Source of the DNA: Candidatus Marinacidobacterales bacterium
Lineage (GTDB): Bacteria; Acidobacteriota; Vicinamibacteria; Marinacidobacterales; SMYC01
DNA length: 64,000 nt
Assembly: GCA_965237955.1 (NCBI GenBank)
Contig: OZ250169.1
Span: forward strand, 4,192,001-4,256,000
Direction of reading: 5' to 3'
This document shows positions 34,277 to 45,734 of the stretch, piece by piece. Position 1 is the stretch's first letter. Each line of letters starts with the position of its first letter. Both the position numbers and the translations under genes were made by a program. The notes under the pieces are model-generated. The model saw nothing but the letters and a program-made list of their open reading frames with translations. It was not told the DNA's origin and ran no database searches.

Positions 34277-35689
34277 ATGGAAGAAGCCATTCTCTTTGGC
34301 TCGGTGGCCGAGTTGGGCCGGATGATACGCAGCCGGGAGATCTCTCCGCTCGAGTTGACAGCTGCCTACATCGATCAGGCCAACAAACTCGACCCACAAC
34401 TTCTCGCGGTCGTCACGCTGACCGAGGAATTGGCCGTCCAGCAAGCACGCGCCGCGGAAGCGGAGATCATGAATGGCCGCTACCGCGGACCGCTGCACGG
34501 AATCCCGTGGGGTGTAAAGGATCTGTTTGCCACCAACGGGATACCGACGCAATGGGGATCGCCCGCGTTTGGCGGGCAGACGTTTGACTACGACGCCACG
34601 GTGGTGCGGAAGCTACATGACGCCGGGGCTGTGCTCATTGCGAAGCTTGCGACCGGTGAGCTGGCCTATGGCGCCAAATGGTTCCGCGGTACCACCCGGT
34701 GTCCCTGGGATACGAGTCGCTCCAGCAGTGGTTCCTCGGCGGGACCCGGTGCGGCCACGGCGGCCGGGCTGGTTGGGTTCTCGATCGGGACCGAGACCGA
34801 GGGGTCGATCATTTCGCCTGCAAGCGTCAATGGGGTCGTCGGACTGCGCCCGACGTACGGGCGCGTGAGCCGATACGGCGTAATGGTGGCCGGCTGGACG
34901 ATGGACAAGCCCGGTCCCATGTGTCGGTACGTCGACGATTGCGCCACCGTGCTCCGGCACGTCATGGGAGCGGATCCTCTCGACCCGACGGCGGTGGATG
35001 CTCCGTTCGAAATCCCGCCGCAAGCGGGGATCCGCGGGAAAAAGATCGGGGTCCTGCGCGACGAGTTCGACATGCCCGACGACCCTGAGTTGAGACAGAT
35101 ACTCAATGCCCCTCTGGAGGTCCTGGAAAGCCTCGGGCTCGTCCTCGAAGAGACGGAGCTCAGGGATCTTCCGTACAGCGAGGTCTCGCGGTTGGTCGCC
35201 ATCGAAGAGGCCAGCTACTTCGAGCCCTTGATCGAGTCGCCGAGAGTCAACGAATTGCTCAGGAAGGATCACATCAACAGGTGGGCCGCTGCCCGCATGG
35301 TTCCTGCAATCGACTATATAAAGATGCAGAGGATTCGGGTCGAGATGATGCAGTATGCAAGCGAGTTGTTCGACCGTTACGCAGCGCTCGTGACGCCGGC
35401 CTGGATGGGGACGGCATGGGACGCCGATGCATCGGAAAGCGGGGTCATCTACCGGACCCGGCGCACCGACCCCGAGGACCCCGACAGCGCTTTGCATCCG
35501 AGGATCAGTCTGTTCTCGAACCTGGTCGGCGTTCCTACGGTTTCCGTCCCCTGCGGATTTACGGAGGGGGGGCTACCGATGGCCATCCAGTTTGTCGGTG
35601 CTGCGTTCGACGAAAGCGGGATTCTTCAACTGGCGCGTGCCTATGAACAGGCCACGACGTGGCATAAACGACATCCAGCTTTAGGTTGA
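34277..35689 (+). CDS. Amidase signature (GatA-like) family amidase
   Basis: GPLHGIPWGVKD, SSGSSAG and GTETEGSI (Ser-cisSer-Lys triad). Confidence 0.92.
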   Translation: MEEAILFGSVAELGRMIRSREISPLELTAAYIDQANKLDPQLLAVVTLTEELAVQQARAAEAEIMNGRYRGPLHGIPWGVKDLFATNGIPTQWGSPAFGGQTFDYDATVVRKLHDAGAVLIAKLATGELAYGAKWFRGTTRCPWDTSRSSSGSSAGPGAATAAGLVGFSIGTETEGSIISPASVNGVVGLRPTYGRVSRYGVMVAGWTMDKPGPMCRYVDDCATVLRHVMGADPLDPTAVDAPFEIPPQAGIRGKKIGVLRDEFDMPDDPELRQILNAPLEVLESLGLVLEETELRDLPYSEVSRLVAIEEASYFEPLIESPRVNELLRKDHINRWAAARMVPAIDYIKMQRIRVEMMQYASELFDRYAALVTPAWMGTAWDADASESGVIYRTRRTDPEDPDSALHPRISLFSNLVGVPTVSVPCGFTEGGLPMAIQFVGAAFDESGILQLARAYEQATTWHKRHPALG

Positions 35690-35707
35690 TCCTTCGGAGG
35701 ACTTCAC

Positions 35708-35983
35708 ATGGCCCAATTGATCAGTCGTAGAGAGTTGTTCATCGGCGCTGCCGGGACGACGCTGTTGTACACCGCGTGCGCCGAGGTTGAAGAAAAGGGA
35801 GAGCTTTCCGACGAGACCGTCAAGGCCTTCCTGGCATTCACCGATCAAGTGGTGGAAGGCGAAGAGCGGATCGCCGAGATCAAGAAAGCTCTCGAACGCT
35901 TTCTCGAGTCCATCCGGACGATCAGGGCGCACCGCGTACCACAGGCGGTGGAACCCGCGACAATGTTTCGGGCCAGGCGCTAA
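35708..35983 (+). CDS. Small protein with a Tat-like signal, probable amidase partner
   Basis: RBS GGAGG, SRRELF motif, C-terminal VEPATMFRA. Confidence 0.75.
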   Translation: MAQLISRRELFIGAAGTTLLYTACAEVEEKGELSDETVKAFLAFTDQVVEGEERIAEIKKALERFLESIRTIRAHRVPQAVEPATMFRARR

Positions 35984-36061
35984 TGGCGCGCTGAATCAGC
36001 GCGCTCGCTCTTTGGCGCGTCACGCGTCATGAGGTGGGCAGCGCCGTTCGCCCCGGCGATC

Positions 36062-36725
36062 CCCGTATGGTCAAAAAACTCATGCAGCTTCGCGATAGTA
36101 GTATCGGAGCAGTCCGCCGAGCCGTTCCCAACAACGAACCAGGCCGACCCGACGCATCCTTTCGACGGCCGGGAACAACAATAGATTGCCCTTGCCTTGG
36201 TGATTCCTTTCCTCGTGGAAATGCGCGACATAGTGTTTCAGCGCGAGCCGAAGCGACCTCTCCCCGAAGAGGATGAGCTTCGACAGGCACTCGTCCTTCG
36301 CCGATCTCACCCAGTGCTCCGCGAATGAATTCAGATTCGGGCTTCTCGCGGGCAGTTTGACGGTTTTGATACCCACGGCTTCGACTTCGACGGTCATCTG
36401 AAACGCCTCGCAGAACTTTGGGTCCCGGTTGTGGATCAAGTAACGACTCGAGGAGAGAAACCCGACATCCGCCATGGTCACATTCCGTGCCACCTGGGTC
36501 ATCCACTGCCCGTCGGGATACGGTGTGATGCCGGCAATATAAACGCGCCGGGTAGCCAGGTGTATGAAGAATAACTGACACTTAATTCAACAGATCTGAC
36601 CACCGAGAACTCGCCCCGGATACCGCTGTGCGGGAGCGCGTTCGAGTTTATTGACCCTACCGGTTCTCACCAAGGAGATTCGCCGCTGCCATCGGGCGGC
36701 CGCATGAGTTTTTTGACCCTACGGG
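36062..36725 (-). mobile_element. Internally deleted rve-integrase element bounded by ~24-bp IRs
   Basis: CCCGTATGGTCAAAAAACTCATGC / GCATGAGTTTTTTGACCCTACGGG. ORF has LPARSPNLN and ERLGGLLRYYYREAA. Confidence 0.8.
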
Positions 36726-36744
36726 CATTGGGAAGCACTTGCGC

Positions 36745-37968
36745 CTATTTTGCCGGAGTCGTCGTTGTCACTTTTACAGGTGTTGTCTCTTGTACAGGCC
36801 CTGGTGCCTGCGCTTCGCTGAGAAAGTCTGGTCCGGCCACAGGCTCTTTCCTGATGACGCCGTTGAGCTCGTGGCGGAGGAGGGAGATGGTCTCGTAGAC
36901 GACTTTGCGCATCCTGTTGATACCACCGAGGGGGCGGTGCACTGGCAAGGCGTGCCAAGGCGTGAAGGAGAGGTTCTCGCAGAAGCTCATTTGCTCTTCG
37001 GAGCGGAAACTTTGCGAGGGAATGCGAACACGTGCGACCTCGATGAAAGGGGACTTTTCCTCCGACCATTCCACCATGGGGTTCTCTATCGGCATCGATG
37101 TGGCGTTTTTTTGAAACTGCACCATGAAGTCAAAACAACCTTCACCTTCATCCAGGTTGCGCTGCATGTTGTCGGCTAGGAAATCGTCTGAGTCGGTCTT
37201 CTTGTAGACACCCTTGTCCACTTCGCAGGGTTTCGCCGAGAACTTGATAGCCTGCTCGCCATAAAGGTAGGGCGCCATACTCCAATATCGGGTTTCGAGA
37301 GGATTGACCACGTCGACTTTGGTAATCGCCCTGGCGATTTCTGCGCCTGTTAAGTGCCAAGTACGTGGATTCCGGATCCCGACAAAGTACTTTAGAACGT
37401 CGCCGTCTTGCTGGTCCCTTGTGAACTCTAGGTAGTTGCTGGCCTTGTCGACAAAAAAGACCGGGTAGTCGATCATCAAGAAGTCCTGCGTTTGCTCGTC
37501 AATTTCGTCGGCCAGTAGCTTCTTGCCTTCGACTCCCATGAGCTTGATTGCCATGCCGCGGCCGTCGCCTATCTTATCGGGCTGTGGCGTCGGGTTTCCG
37601 TTGGAGTAGCGCACCCAAGCATCGAAACTGCGAGGCTCTTTGAACACGCCGATCTGCATCTCTGCAGGCAGTTCCTGAACCTCAAATTCGGCTCGGACAC
37701 AGCCATGTGCCTTGGCGTGTGCATCACGCCGGGCAGGGCGCTTGCCCGGCGGATACTCCTTGTGAATAAAGCCAGTGAGGAGATCGGTGACGGCGCGAAT
37801 GGCCTCCGGTTCGTCGTCGGGAATGCTCTCCAGCCCGGGCGTAGCAGGGTGAGATGGCTCAGGAGGCGCACTGCTACATGTGCTGACACACGCTGCAATG
37901 AGCCCCATGGCACCTGCCATCAAAAACAACTTTCCGATTTCCATGTCTTTCATACGTCCTGACCTCAA
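36745..37968 (-). CDS. Small catalase-related heme protein, probably exported or lipid-anchored
   Basis: RDAHAKAHGC, RYSNG, RGMAIK, FTPWH and RPLGGINRMRKVVY motifs. Confidence 0.9.
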   Translation of the reverse strand: MRSGRMKDMEIGKLFLMAGAMGLIAACVSTCSSAPPEPSHPATPGLESIPDDEPEAIRAVTDLLTGFIHKEYPPGKRPARRDAHAKAHGCVRAEFEVQELPAEMQIGVFKEPRSFDAWVRYSNGNPTPQPDKIGDGRGMAIKLMGVEGKKLLADEIDEQTQDFLMIDYPVFFVDKASNYLEFTRDQQDGDVLKYFVGIRNPRTWHLTGAEIARAITKVDVVNPLETRYWSMAPYLYGEQAIKFSAKPCEVDKGVYKKTDSDDFLADNMQRNLDEGEGCFDFMVQFQKNATSMPIENPMVEWSEEKSPFIEVARVRIPSQSFRSEEQMSFCENLSFTPWHALPVHRPLGGINRMRKVVYETISLLRHELNGVIRKEPVAGPDFLSEAQAPGPVQETTPVKVTTTTPAK

Positions 37969-37996
37969 TGTCCGTGCGGTGGGCTGTTCGCGTTCT

Positions 37997-38935
37997 CTAC
38001 AGGGTCTTCATGTATTCGACCAGCTGCCAGCGCTGCTCATCAGTCAAACCACCATCAGCTGGCTTCTTGGTTCCGTATTCGTGCCCGGCATTGGAATTGC
38101 CCTTCAGGCTCACGTCGAATGTAAAGGGCGCAAAGCCGGCTCCAGTCGTGGATGACTGGTCCATCGCATAACCAATCCGGATCGGGTCGTACATCCTGCT
38201 GCCCAGAACGAAGGTCTTGCTGCGTTCCTCGGCGGGTAGGAGAATTTCGTAGAGATTCGGCACGGAGCCGTTGTGAAGATAGGGCGCGGTCGCCCAGATA
38301 CCATTGAGTGGACGTCCCTTGTAGCCTTGATTGTCGTCGCTCGATCCGGTGTGAGTTGCATGCTCCTTGATGAGTGATTTGAGGGACTCTTCGGCGTGAT
38401 GCAGGAGCGAGCCGGCCACGCTGTTGATGAGTGGATTGAGGCCAGTGGTTGGGTCGGGAATCTTGTCGCCCGCGAGCACAACGACTTTCTTGCCAGCGAA
38501 CGGACCTGCCTCATAGGTGCGGCTCAGGTTGTTCAATTCGCCCGGATCCGTTCCAAGCTCATCGATAGGAGTGATCACTGCCTTGTACGCAGTCTTGATC
38601 GCTTCGTTTCGTGGAATCACTTGGTGGCACTGGGCGCACTGGGCTGCGAATAAAACTTCGCCCTTGGCAGCCTGTGCAGCATCGATCTTGGGAAAGACAT
38701 CCTGCGGCCACTGTGGCGAGCTTAGTTCGCGTACCCAGTTTTCGAGCCTGCCTAGGTTTTCGATCAGCATGCTGGATGCGTAGGTATCGCTGTCGCTGAG
38801 CTGTACTTTGCCATACACGCCAATGACCTCCCCGCCATTCCGTATCAGAGCTCCGGCCCCACTTACATTGGCGGCGAATCCGGTCCACTGGACAACGCTG
38901 GATTGATCGGTGCCCCACAGGAAGGGATAGCTTGC
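37997..38935 (-). pseudogene. RoxA/di-heme cytochrome c peroxidase-like protein, 5' part lost at IS3
   Basis: CAQCH, YKGRPLNGIWATAPYLHNGSVP and GNSNAGHEYG motifs. Confidence 0.85.
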
Positions 38936-38951
38936 CGGCGCGTCAGCAGGT

Positions 38952-40262
<1,311 letters not shown>

Positions 40263-40797
40263 CCCCCGCTCGGCTCAGCGTGGGAGATGCAGACGAATCG
40301 CTTTCGGGTACTTCCTCCGCGAAAGCCTTCGCGAGGCCGAAGTCGAGCACCTTCACCTGGCCTTCGGCGTCGACCTTGATGTTGGCGGGTTTCAAGTCGC
40401 GGTGGATGACGCCCTTTTCGTGCGCGGCTTCTAATGCCTCCGCTATCTGTATGGAAAGCTGCAGTGCTTCTTGTTCGGGGATCGGTCCGCGTGCGATCCG
40501 CTCTGCGAGGGTTTCCCCCTCGACCAGTTCCATGACCAAGAACGGCTTGCCTTCCGCTTCTTCGAAACCGTGAAGTGTCGCGATTCCAGGGTGATTCAAG
40601 GCAGCGAGCAGCCGCGCCTCGCGCTCGAAGCGGGCCAGCTTTTGCGGATGTTGCGTGAACTCTTCAGGAAGGACTTTGATGGCAACGTCCCGGCCGAGCT
40701 TTGAATCCTTGGCCCTATAGACCTCCCCCATCCCACCTTTGCCGATGGGCTCGAGGATCTCGTAGTGGGCGAGTTTGTGACCGGGTTGGAGGGACAT
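40263..40797 (-). pseudogene. Ser/Thr kinase N-terminal half truncated by IS3
   Basis: GKGGMGEVY, VAIK, HRDLKPAN and DFGLAK; ends at the IS boundary. Confidence 0.9.
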
Positions 40798-40932
40798 ACT
40801 CAGGGCGACGATGTTACGCCGATGGTCGACGGTCGGCAACTAAGGATCGGCGCGGGTAAGTGGCTCTAGGTGATGGGTTTTCGTCTCGGTGGACGATAAC
40901 GACGATGATCGGGGCGTTCCTCTTATATATAT

Positions 40933-41593
40933 GGGTCTACGCGGATTCGTGTGGGTAAGTTCTGACGGAAAAACAGTGTAACTCATTGTGTGGAAAAGGT
41001 ATCGAGTACTTCATCAGGTGCTGAAAAGTGGTCCATTTTTAGGATAGGCTAACCGAGTGAAAAATTCCCAGTCGATCCGCTCGCTGTTTGCGCTGCCAGG
41101 TTTCGTGGTGTGCCGGATTGAAGGGTCTATTCGGTGACCGATACGCCCGCGTCATCCAGCTCAAGAGGCGAAAAAAACAGCTGTGTGCTCTTACTGTGGG
41201 CAACGGTGCCGGGGGCGCTATGACAAGCAAGTGTGCCGGGTCCGCGACCTGTCGTTGGCAGGCTGGCGGATCTATCTGGAATACGAGCGTTGGCGCGTCA
41301 ACTGTCCTGGGTGCGGCGGTTTGCATGTAGAACACCTGGACTGGCTGGCGAACAACTCGCGCTACACCTAGCGTTTTGCGACGCATGTGGGCAAGCTGTG
41401 CCGGACAAGGCGGTGGCCGAGATGGAACGTCTGCGCCTCCTAGTTGAAGGGGTCAACAACAAAATCCGTGTGCTGCAACGACGCGCCTACGGCTATCGCG
41501 ACGAGGAATATCTCAAGCTGAAGATCGTGGCGGCTTTCCTTCCGCCATTACCCAGAAATGCCGTCTTCAACCCACACGAATCCGCGTAGACCC
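40933..41593 (+). mobile_element. Internally deleted ISL3 family element with intact IRs and an 8-bp target duplication
   Basis: IR GGGTCTACGCGGATTCGTGTGGG; ATATATAT on both sides; zinc-finger N-part plus EGVNNKIRVLQRRAYGYRD. Confidence 0.92.
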
Positions 41594-41899
41594 ATATATA
41601 TATTGTTACTCCTTCTCTCCTTTTTTCCCTTCAAAGAAAGGAGAAACATCGTCGGCATCGACGCAAATGGGACAAGATGCCTAAGCTGAAGGGCTTGCCG
41701 TTGACGATGTTTTGGAGGGGATCGTCGACATCGTCGACCTAGTTGTAGCCGCGCCGTGCGCTATGCTTTGCGCCAGCAACGAACAGCGACGTCCCCGACA
41801 CGATATAGGAGAGCAGAAGGAAAGCGCTCGCCGCTTGCGATGTCGGATGCTGTCCGGGAACGACTGCCCAGTAGGCCGTGGCCGCCATACCTATGAAGA

Positions 41900-42072
41900 G
41901 GTATCCGAAGCGAAAGAGGATCGTGACGGCAAGCCTCACGACACTTCTCCCCGTTTGCGAGTACCAGGCAACGCCGAAACTCGCCACCTTGCAATCCGAT
42001 TGCATTAGCCATCTCAGCGACATAGCTGTCCGCACCGGCCACAAGATCAAATGGGACCCGGAGAAGCAGCTA
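41900..42072 (+). pseudogene. C-terminal fragment of a Gfo/Idh/MocA oxidoreductase
   Basis: SDCISHLSDIAVRTGHKIKWDPEKQ. Confidence 0.55.
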
Positions 42073-43818
42073 GCTACCGCTCGACGAAGTCCTGCCTGCT
42101 CCTTTATAGCCCCTGCCGTAAATCACCTTGCCCGGTCGCGCTTCCGTGTGCTCGCCGCCGTCGATGACGAGCACCCCGTTGACCAGCACGTAGGGGATGC
42201 CCTCGGGATAAGACTTGGGATTCTCGAAGGAGTTGGTCCCCCGCACTTTTTCTGGATCGAACACCACGACGTCGGCGGCAAAGCCTTCCCGGAGCTGTCC
42301 CCGGTCGCGCAATCCGAGAATTTGGGCGGGTAGGGAGCTCATCTTCCTTATCGCGTCTTCGAGCGCTAGCACGTTCTCGTCTCGAACGTAGTGACCGAGC
42401 ACCCGTGGATTGGTGCTGTAGTTGCGCGGATGGGGAACGCCGGGCGCATCCAGGTTGATCGCCGACCCGTCGCTGGCGATCGCCACCCAGGACTTTCGCA
42501 TCACCTTTCGAACGTCCTCCTCGGACATGGCATGAAAGATACCCGAGATCCTGTCGCCCTCCTCGGCCATGAGATGGATGTACGTATCGGCCGGGTCGGC
42601 ATCACCCCGAAGCTCCGCGATCTTGGCGATGCTCATCCCCTCGTACTTCTCGTTCTCGCTCGTGCTGGCCCACACCATCGCGATCCCCTCCCACCAACCG
42701 TGCTCCTTGGACCAGGTGATGAATTCCGGATCCCGTTTGGTCTTGTCCCGCAGCGAAAGATCTCGGAGCCGCTCCGCGAATTTCTCCGGGCCCCCTTCCC
42801 TCATCCACAACGGGAAGACAGAGCTCCATCGGTGAAACAGCGCCGTGTAGGGATACTGGTTCGCCGTGATATCGAGTCCCCGAGCACGGGCCGCCTCGAT
42901 TTGATCGAGAAACCGGCCTATGGTTCCCCAGTTGTCGCGGCCCCTTACCTTCAAGTGAAAGAGGTGTACGGGAATCCGCGCCTCCTCGGCCACGCGAATT
43001 GCGAAGTTGATCTCCTTTTCATGCTCGAAGCCTTGGCCTCCATGGTGCGAGGCGTAATTGCCACTGTACGAAGCGGTCACTCTGGCCATGGCGAGAATCT
43101 CATCAGGATGGGCGGGCCCGCCGCTCTCGAAGCGGGTCACGAGCCCCCATGCCCCCTCCTCCATGGAGCGCGCCACGAGGCTGGTCATTCCCTCGAGCTC
43201 GACTTCGGTGGCGGGCCGCGTCTCGTCGCCCATTACCACACGCCGAACTTGACCGGCGGAAACGTGGGAGATCACGTTCATGGAGATCCCTTACCTCTTC
43301 AATCTCTGGAAGTAGCCGGTGAAGTCGGTCCAGTCGATCTCGATGCCGCCGCTGATTTCAGCGAAATCGAGGGAGGAAGATAGCGAATATGAGCCTGGAA
43401 GAACGAAACGCCGACCCATGCGTTCGCTCAAGCCGTCGCGCGGCGCCACCGTCGTAGATGCTCCCAGCACGTCGAGCGTCACGCCTTCCCGCACCTTGCT
43501 CTGTGCCAGCCCGTCGGCCAGCAGGGCGTAGTCGGAGCGTGTATGCAGGTCGATGAATCCCGGCGCCACCACCAGGCCCTCGGCTTCGATGATGCGGGAG
43601 GCCTTTGCATCCACCAATCGTCCGACGCTTTTAATGCGGCCGTCGCGGATTCCCACATCACCGTGAAACCAGGGATTGCCGCTCCCGTCCACGATCTGTC
43701 CCCCGCGGATGAGAACATCGTAGGGAGAGTTTTCACCTTCCTGCCCGGCATGAGCGAGTCCGGCGAAGAGAAGGATCGAAGCCCACAAAAACAGTGTTCG
43801 TTGCGTTCGCATTCTCAT
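42070..43818 (-). pseudogene. N-acyl-D-amino-acid deacylase family protein with an in-frame TAA at 43291-43293
   Basis: VDGSG, APGFIDLH, HPRNY and ADVVVFD; both ORFs are in the same frame. Confidence 0.88.
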
Positions 43819-44595
43819 GACTCGTGCTCCTCTGGCGGTCCGAGCCGCCGCGACATTGCTCGCCCTCGCGGGGTCGTCCGATGGCGAATAGACTGCGCGC
43901 CGAATTGCCGCGAGAGAGCGTCGTTGCGCCATCCGGAGGATCCTAAATCCGATCCCAAACCATTACCAACGGCTCCGCACAAGCTAAGCCAGCGATGTTA
44001 AGAATAGGCTGCCAAGCTCCACTCGAAAGGGCCGCGATGACGAAGCACCTTAATGACAATTGGGTGGACCCACGTCAGAACCCCCTGCCCCTCCGGCTCG
44101 CTGCGAACCTGCTACGGACCCTGAGGAAATCGTGGAACTCGTGGCATTTTGCCGCGCGGGCCGGATCTACGAGATCGAGCGGTGGATCATGGGGGGCAAG
44201 CCTCTGCACGCGGCGACCCACGCCGATGCTCTCCGCAACGTGCTGGACTGGTCGCTCCCATACCAACTGATAGCGCTGCTCGCGCGTGAGGGTTTCGGTT
44301 TCCCATGGCATCTGCGTCCTTGAGATGTGGAGTTTGCCACATTAGGTCGTCGGAAACTCAAACACACAACCGGCCACGGCGGTCTTTGCAATTCACACCA
44401 GTTTTGATGCGACCGACTGGTGACCGCTCGTCAGAAGTCGTTCATCCGCATCGAGTTCTGGAACTGTAGCTAATATGTAGTCAGCAGGTCCAAGAGAGTT
44501 TGCATTCGTTCCGGGCGGGCAACTTGCCGGCTCTTGCGTGCGTAGCGCCCCGATAGCTACGATCGCCGTTGCAGAGACTAAGGAGCCTTTTCTCG

Positions 44596-44728
44596 CTAGT
44601 CCCCTGTATCAGAACAAACTAGATAAAGCAGAGCTTGCCGAAACCATTCTAAGTGCATGAATCTTATGAATCTTATGGGCTGGCGAAAAGCCTAACTTTG
44701 TATAGTAATCAAAGATCCGGGGGACTAG
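44596..44728. mobile_element. 133-bp IS630-related MITE, copy 1
   Basis: CTAGTCCC...GGGACTAG ends; near-identical to 56843-56975. Confidence 0.92.
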
Positions 44729-44823
44729 AGACGAAATTTCGGGCGGGAAGCCTCCGTCCGTCGCGATTGCATTTCCGTTAGCGAAAAAGTAGAAAGGACT
44801 GGAAATTCAGAGAGTTTTTCACC

Positions 44824-45642
44824 ATGACAGCATCCGAGATCGATGCAAACGCCAACTTGAGCCCTCACTGCCGAAGACACCGGAGCGCGAGGTACGAGTC
44901 TATGGGCCTCGCCATCCTGATAGGCGTCATAGGCTGTCTTGTGTGGTTTCCATCAAGTGGGTTCGCCGTCCAATTCAAAATCATCACCTTGACACAAGGC
45001 TCAGGCTTGAACTTCGGGTCCGGGGTCTCTCTCAATTCCTCGGGCGTAGTGGGGACAGTGGTCCGGATCGGAAGTGAAGATGAGTTCGTTTTGGTAGACA
45101 AAGCCGGAAACATCACGAACTTGACTCAAAGCCAGTTTATCCAGGTCGGTCAAGGCGCCATCAACGACCTAGGGCAGGCAGCCTTTGTGATTGCATCCAT
45201 ACCGGATTTCTCGATGGATACCGATGTGATCTTCTTCGATGGAAGTCTTTTTCAGAACATCACGAATGGGAGCTTTTCGATTCAACCCGCAGGAGTGCTG
45301 CACCGTACAGTTAACAACTCCGGCCAGATTGCATTTGGAACTGATAACGGGCCTGTCTTCTTCGACGGGAACCAACTCATTGATGTAACGGCCGGAAGTG
45401 GCATCACAGCTCTGGGAAACCAGCCTCCGTCACTGAATGAAAACGGCCAGATACTATTTAGGGGGGAACTTGCAGGTAGAGGTGGCGCCTTCCTTTTCGA
45501 CGGCACCGCAGTAATAACGTTGGACACATCGTCGAAAGATGTGCATCGGCAAATGCTCCATCACTTGAGAGAAAATGAGACTGTCCGTGAACATGCGCTA
45601 CGATCCTCGGCAGGCCAAAGAAGCTTCGAGGGCGGCAGTTAG
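44824..45642 (+). pseudogene. Secreted NxxGxxAF-repeat protein, probably truncated after ~45530
   Basis: Signal-like segment; INDLGQAAF, VNNSGQIAF and LNENGQILF repeats; lower GC than flanks. Confidence 0.65.
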
Positions 45643-45734
45643 GCAGGTAAATTCAAGTCGGTGACAGGCATAAATGAGTTCATTTTGAATAACAAAGGGC
45701 TACAGACACATTTAACTCAAACGTTGGGACAGCA

